From positions 782-64,781 of the forward strand of contig DATBET010000059.1 of the NCBI GenBank assembly GCA_036558885.1: DNA of 64,000 nucleotides, written 5' to 3'. This document shows positions 1-8,157 of the stretch, one piece after another. Under the pieces are notes generated by a model, which saw nothing but the letters and a program-made list of their open reading frames with translations, was not told the DNA's origin and did not search any database. Both the position numbers and the translations under genes were made by a program. The number at the start of each line of letters is the position of its first letter. Positions within the stretch are counted from its first letter, which is position 1. Source of the DNA: Gaiella sp. (GTDB taxonomy: Bacteria; Actinomycetota; Thermoleophilia; Gaiellales; Gaiellaceae).

Positions 1-391
1 CAAGCTCGGCACACGACCTCGCGGCACGATGACCTGGACCGGCGTCGCCGGCGGCGAGCCGCTGCCGGAGGGGGTCTACACGCTGCGACTCGTGGCCCGC
101 GACGTCGCCGGAAACCTCGGGCCGCGCTCCGGGTCTCGCACGGTGCGGATCCGGTTCCTCGAGCTCGGGCGGGACCGGGTCGTGACCGTGCCTGGCGCAC
201 GCTTTGCGATCCTCGCGCTGTCGCAGGCGAGGAGGCTCGAGTGGCGGCTCGGCGGCCGCTCCGGCTCGGCGCGGCCCGGGACGCTACGACTGCGCGCACC
301 ACTCGAGCCGGGTCGCTACACGCTCCGCGTCGAGGCGAACGGCCACGTGAGGCGCGCGGCCGTCGTCGTCCGCCGGACGGCGGCGCCGTGA
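1..391 (+). CDS. C-terminal part of a putative secreted protein with a FlgD/Ig-like beta domain (5' truncated by window edge)
   Basis: W.G...G.PLPEGVYTLRLVARDVAGN motif typical of FlgD-Ig domains; TGA overlaps GTG of next gene (GTGA 388-391). Confidence 0.55.
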   Translation, partial: KLGTRPRGTMTWTGVAGGEPLPEGVYTLRLVARDVAGNLGPRSGSRTVRIRFLELGRDRVVTVPGARFAILALSQARRLEWRLGGRSGSARPGTLRLRAPLEPGRYTLRVEANGHVRRAAVVVRRTAAP

Positions 392-1920
392 GCGCCGCGG
401 CCCAGGCGGCGGGCGTCGTCGGCTCCGCCGGACTGGCGGCCGTCCTGCTCGCGGGCGAGCGCTGGCAGCGGCTCGCGGGCCTCGGCGCGTGGGCGGCGGG
501 GTGTGCCGTGCTCGGCGTCTACCTCCTCCCCGACCTGTCGGCCACCCGGCTCGTCGCGGCGGCGGCGGGCGGGCTCGTCGCCGCGCTCGCGCTCGCCTGG
601 GCGCTCGGCCGTTGGCCGTATCTGCTCGCCTTCGCGACCCTGGCGTGCATCCCGCTGCGGATCCCGGTGGACATCGGGAGCGACACGGTCAACCTCCTGT
701 TGCCGCTCTACGTCGTCGTCGGCGGGCTCGCCCTCGCCCTCGGGTGGGCGCTGGTCAAGGGAGACGTCCGCTCGCGAGAGCTCGGCCCCGTCGCGCTGCC
801 CCTCGCAGCGTTCGTCATGTGGACGGGGCTCTCGCTGCTCTGGACGAACGACGTGCGACGGGGGGCAATCTTCCTCGGCGCGTTCGTGCTCCCCTTCGGG
901 CTCCTGGCACTCGGGTTTGCACGGCTTCCCTGGCGCGGCCGCTGGCTGACGTGGCTCTGGGGCGGGCTCGTCGCGACCGCGCTCCTCTACGCGGTGATCG
1001 GCGGCTACCAGTGGCTTACGCGGGACGTGTTCTGGAACCCGAGCGTGAAGGTCTTCAATGCGTATGCGCCGTTCTTCCGCGTCAACTCCGTGTTCTGGGA
1101 TCCCTCGGTCTACGGGCGCTATCTCACCGTGGCCGTGCTCGCCTCCCTTGCCGGGATCCTGCTCGGTGGGCCGCGCGGCTGGAGAGTCGCCGGGCTCTAC
1201 GTCGTCGTCGTCGCGACCTGGCTCGGCCTGCTCATCTCGTTCTCGCAGTCGAGCTTCGTCGCGCTCGCCGCGGGGATCGTCGTCGCCGCCTCCGTCGTCT
1301 GGGGCCGCCGCGCGTTGATCGCGCTCGTCGCGCTCGGCCTCGTCACGTGCGCGGTGCTGCTCGCCGTGCCGCAGCTGCGCGACGACATCGTCGGCAAGTC
1401 GCGCTCGGGCGTGAACCGCGTCACGTCGGGCCGCGCGAACCTCGTCGGCCAGGGGATCCGGATCGCGCTCGACCATCCCGTCCTCGGGGTCGGCGTCGGT
1501 GGGTTCTCGCGCGAGTACGCGCACCGGCGCGGCATCACCGGGAAGGACCCGAAGCGCGTCGCGTCGCACACGACACCGGTCACGGTGGCGGCCGAGCAGG
1601 GGATCGTGGGGCTTGCGCTGCTCGGCTGGCTCGTCGGCGCCGCGCTCCTCGCGACGCTGCGGGGGCTCGGCAGCGGCTTCACCTCGCGCGTCGCGCTCGC
1701 CACCGGGATCGTGCTCCTCGCGATCGGCGTCCACAGCCTCTTCTATGCGGACTTCTTCGAGGATCCGATGACGTGGGCGCTGCTCGGCATCGTCGGGCTC
1801 AGCGCTCGCGTGCCGAAGAAGCCGCCGCCCGCGGCGGTCGTCGCCCCGTCACCTCCCCCGTCACCTCCCCCGCCGCCGGTGCCCGAGCCGGCCCCGCACG
1901 AGCCCGCGGTCGAGGCTTAG
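388..1920 (+). CDS. O-antigen ligase/polymerase (Wzy_C) family membrane protein with Pro-rich C-tail
   Basis: Multi-TM; RVNSVFWDPS, SFSQSS, HPVLGVGVGGF, SHTT..AAEQGIVG motifs; GTG at 388 coupled to upstream stop. Confidence 0.85.
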   Translation: MSAAAQAAGVVGSAGLAAVLLAGERWQRLAGLGAWAAGCAVLGVYLLPDLSATRLVAAAAGGLVAALALAWALGRWPYLLAFATLACIPLRIPVDIGSDTVNLLLPLYVVVGGLALALGWALVKGDVRSRELGPVALPLAAFVMWTGLSLLWTNDVRRGAIFLGAFVLPFGLLALGFARLPWRGRWLTWLWGGLVATALLYAVIGGYQWLTRDVFWNPSVKVFNAYAPFFRVNSVFWDPSVYGRYLTVAVLASLAGILLGGPRGWRVAGLYVVVVATWLGLLISFSQSSFVALAAGIVVAASVVWGRRALIALVALGLVTCAVLLAVPQLRDDIVGKSRSGVNRVTSGRANLVGQGIRIALDHPVLGVGVGGFSREYAHRRGITGKDPKRVASHTTPVTVAAEQGIVGLALLGWLVGAALLATLRGLGSGFTSRVALATGIVLLAIGVHSLFYADFFEDPMTWALLGIVGLSARVPKKPPPAAVVAPSPPPSPPPPPVPEPAPHEPAVEA

Positions 1921-1929
1921 ACTCGCGCC

Positions 1930-2565
1930 GTGCTCGCAGGCATCGAACGGGCGCTCGTGCTCGCGCCCCACACCGACGACGGGGAGTTCGGCTGCGGCGG
2001 CACGATGGCGCGGCTCGTCGAGGCCGGCTGCGAGGTGCGGTACGTCGCGTTCTCGATCGCGACGCGCTCGCTGCCGGAGGGCTTCGCGCCGGACACGCTC
2101 GCCCGCGAGGTGCGCGAGGCGACCGCCGAGCTCGGCATCAGCGAGGAGAGCCTCACCGTGCACGACTTCGACGTGCGGACCTTCCCCGAGCGCCGGCAGG
2201 AGATCCTCGAGCTGCTCGTCGAGCTGTGGGACGAGTGGCGCCCGGAGGTCGTCTTCCAGCCGTCGCACCACGACGTGCACCAGGACCACGAGACGATCGC
2301 GCAGGAGGGGCTCCGCGCGTTCAAGCGGACGACGGTGCTCGGCTACGAGATCCCGTGGAACAACTTCGAGTTCTCCTACGGCGCCTACGTCGCCCTCGAG
2401 CAGCGACACGTCGAGCGCAAGGCCGCGGCCGTCCGGCGGTATGCCTCGCAGCAGCATCGCCGCTACGCGGACGAGGAGTACATCTGGAACCTCGCACGCG
2501 TCCACGGGACCAACGTGAACCGCGAGTACGCCGAGGTGTTCCAGGTCTACCGCATCGTCGCCTGA
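1930..2565 (+). CDS. PIG-L/LmbE family N-acetyl-sugar deacetylase
   Basis: APHTDDGEFGCGG and HQDH metal-binding motifs; TAGACT -10 lies 6 nt before the GTG. Confidence 0.9.
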   Translation: MLAGIERALVLAPHTDDGEFGCGGTMARLVEAGCEVRYVAFSIATRSLPEGFAPDTLAREVREATAELGISEESLTVHDFDVRTFPERRQEILELLVELWDEWRPEVVFQPSHHDVHQDHETIAQEGLRAFKRTTVLGYEIPWNNFEFSYGAYVALEQRHVERKAAAVRRYASQQHRRYADEEYIWNLARVHGTNVNREYAEVFQVYRIVA

Positions 2566-2586
2566 GCGGCGTCTAGCCTGGCGACC

Positions 2587-2769
2587 ATGCGGACCGGGAA
2601 GATCGGCGCCGGCCTCTGCCTGCTCGCCGGGCTGTGCATGGTCGCCGGGCTCGCCGTCGACCTCGACTCGACGGCCGCGAAGGTGTTCATCGCCACCGCT
2701 GCCTGTCTCTTCGTCCCCGGCGTGCTCCTCACCTACGTCTGGATGCGCTCCCGCATCCCGCCGCAGTGA
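2587..2769 (+). CDS. Small two-TM membrane protein
   Basis: 60 aa with two hydrophobic helices; TAGCCT 7 nt upstream; stop overlaps next GTG. Confidence 0.65.
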   Translation: MRTGKIGAGLCLLAGLCMVAGLAVDLDSTAAKVFIATAACLFVPGVLLTYVWMRSRIPPQ

Positions 2770-3524
2770 AACGGGCCGCGGACAACGCAGGTTACAAACT
2801 GCAACTCGTGTGTCTCACGGCGCTCCTGGCGTTCGCGGGGGCTCTCCTCCCGGCCGGAGACGCTCACGCCGCACCGCCGGTCGTGGTCGTCGACCCCGGG
2901 CACGACCGGCTCGCGAACCTCCGTACAGAGCCGATCGGGCCGGGCTCGGCGATCCGGAAGATCCTCGACGGCGGCGGCACGCACGGCGTCGTGACGGGGA
3001 TCCGCGAGCCGGACCTGACGCTGGCCGTATCGCTCCGGCTGCGAGAGCTGCTGCGGCGGGCGGGGGTCCGGGTCGTGATGACGCGCACCCGGACGGCCGG
3101 CGAGAGCATGGGCAACGTCGCCCGCGCGCGGATCGCGAACCGCGCGCACGCCAGGCTGTTCCTCCGCGTCCACGCGGACGGCGCGGCGTCGAGTGACGCG
3201 CGCGGGACGCACACGCTGACGCCGGCCCCGCGACGAGGCTGGACGGACGACGTTTACGCGGACAGCCGCCGGGCGGCACGGCTCGTGCAAACGGAGCTCG
3301 TGCGCGCGCTCGGCTTCCCCGATCGCGGGATCCAGGAGCGCTCCGACTACACGGGCTTCAACTGGGCGGACGTCCCCGTGATCCTCGTCGAGCTGGGCTT
3401 CATGACGAACGCCACGGAAGACCGGGCGCTCGCAAGGCCCGCAGTCCGGCAGCGCGCCGCGCTCGGCCTCTGCCGCGGGACGCTGCGCTTCCTCGGCCTG
3501 CCGCCGGTGCGCTGCGCGACGTAG
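2766..3524 (+). CDS. N-acetylmuramoyl-L-alanine amidase (Amidase_3), secreted
   Basis: Signal peptide; VVVDPGH, E, VVMTRT, RARIAN, FLRVHAD, VPVILVELGFMTN motifs. Confidence 0.9.
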   Translation: MKRAADNAGYKLQLVCLTALLAFAGALLPAGDAHAAPPVVVVDPGHDRLANLRTEPIGPGSAIRKILDGGGTHGVVTGIREPDLTLAVSLRLRELLRRAGVRVVMTRTRTAGESMGNVARARIANRAHARLFLRVHADGAASSDARGTHTLTPAPRRGWTDDVYADSRRAARLVQTELVRALGFPDRGIQERSDYTGFNWADVPVILVELGFMTNATEDRALARPAVRQRAALGLCRGTLRFLGLPPVRCAT

Positions 3525-3525
3525 C

Positions 3526-4068
3526 TCAGACCCAGAGGATCAACGCTGCGAGGAGCAGGAGAAGCCCGACGACCGTGCCGAGCACGAGCATCGCGCCGCC
3601 GAACACCGCGTAGGGTGTGCCACGGCTCCGGCCGCTCATGATCGCGCGGCCCGTTTCCTGCAGCCCGCCGCCGGAGGGGGTCTTGCCGAGATGCTCGACG
3701 GGCACCGCGAACCGCCGCAGCGACTCGTCCAGGGCGGCGTCTTCGTCTCCGACGACGAGGATCCGGTCTGCGCGGAACTCGCTCAGGGCGTCCTCGACCG
3801 CGAGCACGGGGTCACGCTCGCCCCCTGAGCCCTCGACGTCCGCGACGGGCGCGAGCGCGTGCTCGGCCTCGGCCGCTCGCTCGTCGGCGGCGGCGCGCGC
3901 CTCGTCCTCGTCGGTCGCGTACCAGTGGAACGGCCCGGAGTGGGTCGGCACGACGAGCCGGATGCTCGTCTGCGCCGTTCCCCGCAGCGCGTCGCGGACG
4001 GCGCCGAGGTCCGGGTGCTCGTCGAGGACGAGGACGAGCACGTTCTGGCCGTCATGCAGCGCGCTCAT
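3526..4068 (-). CDS. Hypothetical USP-like alpha/beta protein with C-terminal TM anchor
   Basis: MSALHDGQNVLVLV...GERDPVLAVEDALSEFRADRILVV; hydrophobic C-terminus; ATGA overlap with upstream gene. Confidence 0.6.
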   Translation of the reverse strand: MSALHDGQNVLVLVLDEHPDLGAVRDALRGTAQTSIRLVVPTHSGPFHWYATDEDEARAAADERAAEAEHALAPVADVEGSGGERDPVLAVEDALSEFRADRILVVGDEDAALDESLRRFAVPVEHLGKTPSGGGLQETGRAIMSGRSRGTPYAVFGGAMLVLGTVVGLLLLLAALILWV

Positions 4069-4295
4069 GCCCGGTCGGCGACGCCCTCGACACCCGCAGT
4101 CTCGGCGCAGTGGGCGCAGCAGAACACGGCGCCGTCTGCCTCGACCCCATGCCCGATCACACGGCAGCCGCAGTGGCCGCACACCGGGGCGAGCCCGTGG
4201 ATCGCGCACTCGAAGCTGTCGAAGACGTACGTGCCGCCGAGGTACGTGATCTCGAGCGGCTTGTCGTAATCGTTTCCGCAGACCTCGCAGACCAT
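4065..4295 (-). CDS. Prokaryotic metallothionein-like Cys/His-rich small protein
   Basis: MVCEVCGNDYDK...FDSFECAIH..APVCGHCGCRVIGHGVE...FCCAHCA (76 aa); SD-like AAGGGAG upstream. Confidence 0.85.
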   Translation of the reverse strand: MVCEVCGNDYDKPLEITYLGGTYVFDSFECAIHGLAPVCGHCGCRVIGHGVEADGAVFCCAHCAETAGVEGVADRA

Positions 4296-4384
4296 GTCGG
4301 CTCCCTTCTCTCCGGCTGCGGTCTCTCGCCACGGGATGGCCCCGAGCGGGCGGTCCCAAACACCGCGGTGCACGGAGGGCGCGA

Positions 4385-4430
4385 TTTAGGCATCTCTAAC
4401 AATCTGCGCTAGGGTTTAGACATGCCTAAA
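4385..4430. promoter_or_regulatory. Two DtxR/MntR-family-like operator palindromes overlapping a leaderless promoter and start codon
   Basis: TTTAGGCATCTCTAAC (4385-4400) and TTTAGACATGCCTAAA (4415-4430); box 1 matches the reverse complement of box 2 at 14/16; AT-rich patch in GC-rich DNA upstream of metal transport genes; TAGGGT -10 at 4410-4415. Confidence 0.75.
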
Positions 4431-5456
4431 CTCACGCGCCGCCGGCTGCTCTGCGCGACGGCGCCGCTCGCCGCGGCGCCGCTCGGCGTGAAGCTCGCTC
4501 TCGACGGGAGCCCGGCGGAGGCTGCAGCGCAAGAGGCGCACGCAGGGCACGACCGCGCGGCGCACCGCACGACGGCCTCGCACCTCGGCGACGCCGCGAC
4601 GGGCCACGCGGCGATGATCGGCGACGGCGCGCCCGCGGTCGGGGGCCCGAACGACCTCGACGAGCTCCTCTACCCGCCTCCGGCGCGCGCGCACTCCCCC
4701 GGGCGGGCCCGCGACTACACGCTCGTCGCGAGGGACGAGGAGCTGGAGATCGCGCCGGGCGTCTTCTTTCCGGCCTGGACGTACAACGGCACCGTGCCCG
4801 GCCCCGTGATCCGCGCCACCGAGGACGACCTGCTTCGGGTCCGCTTCGTCAATGCGGGCGTCCACCCCCACACGATCCACTTCCACGGGATTCATCCGAC
4901 CGAGATGGACGGGGTGTTCGAGATCGTCGGGCCGGGGAACGAGCTGACGTACGAGTTCCCGGCGCGGCCCGCCGGCCTGCACCTCTACCACTGCCACGCG
5001 ACGCCGCTCAAGAAGCACATCCACAAGGGTCTCTACGGCGCGTTCATCGTCGACCCGAAGGTGCCGCGTGAGCCCGCCCGCGAGCTCGTGCTCGTGATGA
5101 ACGGCTACGACACCGACGGCGACGGCGAGAACAACTTCTACAGCGTCAACGGCCGGACGTTCTACTACGCGCGCTATCCGATCCGCGTGCGGCGCGGCGA
5201 GCTCGTCCGCGTCTACCTCGCGAACCTCACCGAGTTCGATCTCATCAACTCGTTCCACCTGCACGCGGAGTTCTTCCGCTACCAGCCGACCGGCACGGGC
5301 GACCACTGGGAGTACACGGACACCGTGATGCAGTGCCAGGGCCAGCGCGGCGTGCTCGAGATCCGTTTTGCGCACGCGGGGACGTTCATGTTCCACGCGC
5401 ACCAGTCCGAGTTCACGGAGCTCGGCTGGATGGGCTACTTCCAGGTGGACGGGTAA
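4422..5456 (+). CDS. Tat-exported two-domain multicopper oxidase (type C 2dMCO)
   Basis: TRRRLL Tat motif; His-rich linker; WTYNGTVPGP, HTIHFHG, YHCH..KKHIHKGLYG in domain 1; NSFHLH and MFHAH in domain 2. Confidence 0.9.
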   Translation: MPKLTRRRLLCATAPLAAAPLGVKLALDGSPAEAAAQEAHAGHDRAAHRTTASHLGDAATGHAAMIGDGAPAVGGPNDLDELLYPPPARAHSPGRARDYTLVARDEELEIAPGVFFPAWTYNGTVPGPVIRATEDDLLRVRFVNAGVHPHTIHFHGIHPTEMDGVFEIVGPGNELTYEFPARPAGLHLYHCHATPLKKHIHKGLYGAFIVDPKVPREPARELVLVMNGYDTDGDGENNFYSVNGRTFYYARYPIRVRRGELVRVYLANLTEFDLINSFHLHAEFFRYQPTGTGDHWEYTDTVMQCQGQRGVLEIRFAHAGTFMFHAHQSEFTELGWMGYFQVDG

Positions 5457-5619
5457 GTGCCTCTTCAGGCAGTGCCCTCCAAGTCCCTGGCGCATGATGA
5501 GCGGCGCAATGCGTCGTCCTCGCTCGCCCCGATACCTGCTGGTATCGGATCTCCCTGCCTCCTAGCCTGGCTTGCTCCTCCTGCGCGAGGTACGAGGCAG
5601 CATCACCTGAAGAGGCGCT
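5456..5619. repeat. Inverted-repeat-bounded structured intergenic element (MITE-like or cis-regulatory RNA)
   Basis: AGTGCCTCTTCAGG (5456-5469) and CCTGAAGAGGCGCT (5606-5619) form a 13/14 inverted repeat; internal hairpins CCGATACC-tgct-GGTATCGG and CTGCCTC...GAGGCAG. Confidence 0.6.
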
Positions 5620-5620
5620 G

Positions 5621-6805
5621 ATGGAGGCGCGCGCGCAGGAGAACGGCGTCGCGGCCTGGCGGGCGTGGGCCGTAGTCCCGCTCGTGCTCCTCGCGCTCTG
5701 TGTCGCGCTCGTCGTCTCGCAGGGCGATCGTGTCGTGGCGCTCGTCGGCGCGAGCGCCCCGCCCGCGGACGAGTTCGACGTGCGCCGCGTGCAGCTCCGC
5801 CCGGGCGAGATCCGCGTCCAGGTGCGGAACCCCCAGCGCGACGACCTCACGATCGCCGCGGTCACGGTGGACGACGCGATCGTGCCGTTCACGCTCGACG
5901 GACCGGCGACGCTCGGGCGGCTGCGCTCGAGCACCATCCTCGTGCCCTACGACTGGGTCGAGGGGGAGCCACTCGCGATCGGAGTCACGAGCTCCACGGG
6001 GATCCAGACCACGCACGAGCTCGCCGCAGCGGTCGAGACCCCGGTCGCGAGCGCCCGCGGTCTTCTCGGCTACGCCGCGATCGGCGTGCTCGTCGGCGTG
6101 GTTCCGGTCGCGCTCGGCCTCCTGTGGCTGCCCTCCTTGCGTCGCGTCGGCGCGCACTGGCTCGCGGCGTTCATGGCGCTCACTGCCGGGCTTCTGACGT
6201 TCCTCGGCGTCGAGGCGCTGGCCGAGGCGCTCGAGCTCCAGGCCGCCGTCCCGTCGGCGCTCGGCGGGCCCGGGCTCGTGCTGCTCGGCCTCGCCGCGAG
6301 CGCGCTCGGGATGACGTTCCTCTCCTCGCGCCTCTCCGGTGGACGGGTCGGCGCGACCGGCCTCGCGCTCGCACTGCTCGTCGCGATCGGGATCGGCGTG
6401 CACAACCTCGGTGAGGGCCTCGCGATCGGCACCTCGTTCGCGACGGGCGAGCTGCAGCTGGGAGCGTTCCTCGTGCTCGGGTTCATGGTGCACAACGTCA
6501 CCGAGGGGCTGGGCATCGCGGCCCCCGCCAGTCGCGTCCGCGTGACGCTGTGGCAGCTCGCGGCGCTCGCGCTGATCGCGGGCGCGCCGGCGATCCTCGG
6601 CACCTGGATCGGGGGATACGCGTCGAACGACGTGCTCGCCCCGCTCTTCTTCGCGATCGCCGCGGGCGCCGCGCTCCAGGTCGTCGTCGAGGTCGGCCGC
6701 TACGTCGCGCGCACGGCGCCGGGCGGCCTACGCTCCGGCTGGGCGATGGGCGGATACCTCGCAGGGATCGCGGCGATGTGGGCGACCGGGCTCCTGGCCG
6801 GGTAG
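5621..6805 (+). CDS. ZIP (ZupT/GufA) family metal transporter with N-terminal extracytoplasmic domain
   Basis: GIGVHNLGEGLAIG and GFMVHNVTEGLGI ZIP signatures; N-terminal TM followed by about 110 aa beta-rich soluble segment. Confidence 0.9.
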   Translation: MEARAQENGVAAWRAWAVVPLVLLALCVALVVSQGDRVVALVGASAPPADEFDVRRVQLRPGEIRVQVRNPQRDDLTIAAVTVDDAIVPFTLDGPATLGRLRSSTILVPYDWVEGEPLAIGVTSSTGIQTTHELAAAVETPVASARGLLGYAAIGVLVGVVPVALGLLWLPSLRRVGAHWLAAFMALTAGLLTFLGVEALAEALELQAAVPSALGGPGLVLLGLAASALGMTFLSSRLSGGRVGATGLALALLVAIGIGVHNLGEGLAIGTSFATGELQLGAFLVLGFMVHNVTEGLGIAAPASRVRVTLWQLAALALIAGAPAILGTWIGGYASNDVLAPLFFAIAAGAALQVVVEVGRYVARTAPGGLRSGWAMGGYLAGIAAMWATGLLAG

Positions 6806-8157
6806 TGGGGCCCCCTTCCGTCGACCCAGCGGAGGCTCCGCCCAGGCAACCGCACGACCGCGCGGCTCCCGTTCACCCGCTCGACGACGTCCTCCCGGGC
6901 GAGGCCCGCGTCCTGGAGGCCGCGCAGGAGTCGCTCGCCGGCAGGCAGCGAGGGGCCCGAGGCCTGTGGCCGTTCCTCGGGCCGGCGTTCGTCGCCTCGG
7001 TCGCGTACGTCGATCCCGGCAACTTCGCGACGAACATGGCCGGGGGCGCGAAGTTCGGCTACCTCCTGCTCTGGGTGATCCTCATGGCGAACCTCATGGG
7101 GATGGTGATCCAGTCCTCGAGCGCGAAGCTCGGGATCGCGACGGGGATGAACCTGCCCGAGGTCTGCCGCGAGCAGTTCCCGCGCACGGTGAGCTTCCTG
7201 CTCTGGATCCAGGCGGAGATCATCGCGATGGCGACCGACCTCGCCGAGTTCATCGGCGCCGCGATCGGCCTCAACATCCTCTTCGGCATACCGCTCTTCC
7301 CGGCGGCGCTGATCACGAGCGCGGCGGCGTTCGCGATCCTCGCCCTGCAAGCGCGCGGCTTCCGCCGCCTCGAGGCGGTGATCGCGGTGTTCATCGGGGT
7401 GATCGTCGTCGCGTTTGCGGCGCAGGTGTTCCTCGCCGACCCCGATCCCGCCCAGGTTGCGCGCGGGTTCATCCCGGGGTTCGAGGGCTCGGAGAGCGTG
7501 CTGCTGGCCGTCGGGATCCTCGGCGCCACGGTGATGCCCCACGTGATCTACCTGCACTCGGCGCTGACCCAGCACCGTGTCGTGGGCGCCACGGACGAGG
7601 AGAAGCGCCGCATCTTCCGCTTCGAGCTGGTCGACGTCATGATCGCAATGGGGATCGCGGGGATCGTCAACATGAGCATGCTGATCATCGCCGCGGCCGT
7701 GTTCCACGAGCAGGGGCTGTCGGACGTCGGGGACGACCTCGTCGCGGTCGCCGACCAGCTCGGCATCGAGCTCGGCCACCACGCGAACCTCCTTTTCGGC
7801 ATCGCGCTGCTGGCGTCCGGCCTCTCGTCGTCGAGCGTCGGCACGCTCGCGGGTCAGGTCGTGATGCAGGGCTTCATCCGCAGGCGAATCCCGCTCTTCC
7901 TCCGCCGCGCGATCACGATGGCGCCCGCGCTGATCATCATCGCCCTGGGGATCGACGCCTCCCGCGCGCTCGTGCTGAGCCAGGTGGCGCTCTCGTTCGG
8001 GATCCCCTTCGCGTTGATCCCGCTCCTCTGGTTCTGCCGCGACCGCGAGCTGATGGGGGTGCTCGTCAACCGCCGCTCGACGACCGTCCTCACCGCCGCG
8101 ATCGCGACGCTGATCGTCGGCCTCAACGTCTTCCTGCTGGAGGAGACCCTTCTCTAG
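6805..8157 (+). CDS. mntH: Nramp-family divalent metal (Mn2+/Fe2+) transporter MntH
   Basis: GPAFVASVAYVDPGNFATN, GATVMPHVIYLHS, TLAGQVVMQGF motifs; start approximate (GTG overlapping the upstream TAG). Confidence 0.93.
   Translation: MGPPSVDPAEAPPRQPHDRAAPVHPLDDVLPGEARVLEAAQESLAGRQRGARGLWPFLGPAFVASVAYVDPGNFATNMAGGAKFGYLLLWVILMANLMGMVIQSSSAKLGIATGMNLPEVCREQFPRTVSFLLWIQAEIIAMATDLAEFIGAAIGLNILFGIPLFPAALITSAAAFAILALQARGFRRLEAVIAVFIGVIVVAFAAQVFLADPDPAQVARGFIPGFEGSESVLLAVGILGATVMPHVIYLHSALTQHRVVGATDEEKRRIFRFELVDVMIAMGIAGIVNMSMLIIAAAVFHEQGLSDVGDDLVAVADQLGIELGHHANLLFGIALLASGLSSSSVGTLAGQVVMQGFIRRRIPLFLRRAITMAPALIIIALGIDASRALVLSQVALSFGIPFALIPLLWFCRDRELMGVLVNRRSTTVLTAAIATLIVGLNVFLLEETLL

Noticed and set aside
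1844-1872. 12-nt tandem repeat (CCGTCACCTCCC twice)
   Set aside because: In-frame and encodes the Pro-rich tail of the ligase; ordinary low complexity
4422-5456. Copper nitrite reductase (NirK) call for the cupredoxin protein
   Set aside because: It has HxH pairs in both domains, as for a trinuclear cluster, and sits in a metal-uptake context, which favours a 2dMCO
5457-5620. Possible yybP-ykoY Mn riboswitch upstream of ZIP/mntH
   Set aside because: No GGGGAGTAG...CGTC...GAGACC signature; kept only as an unidentified structured element
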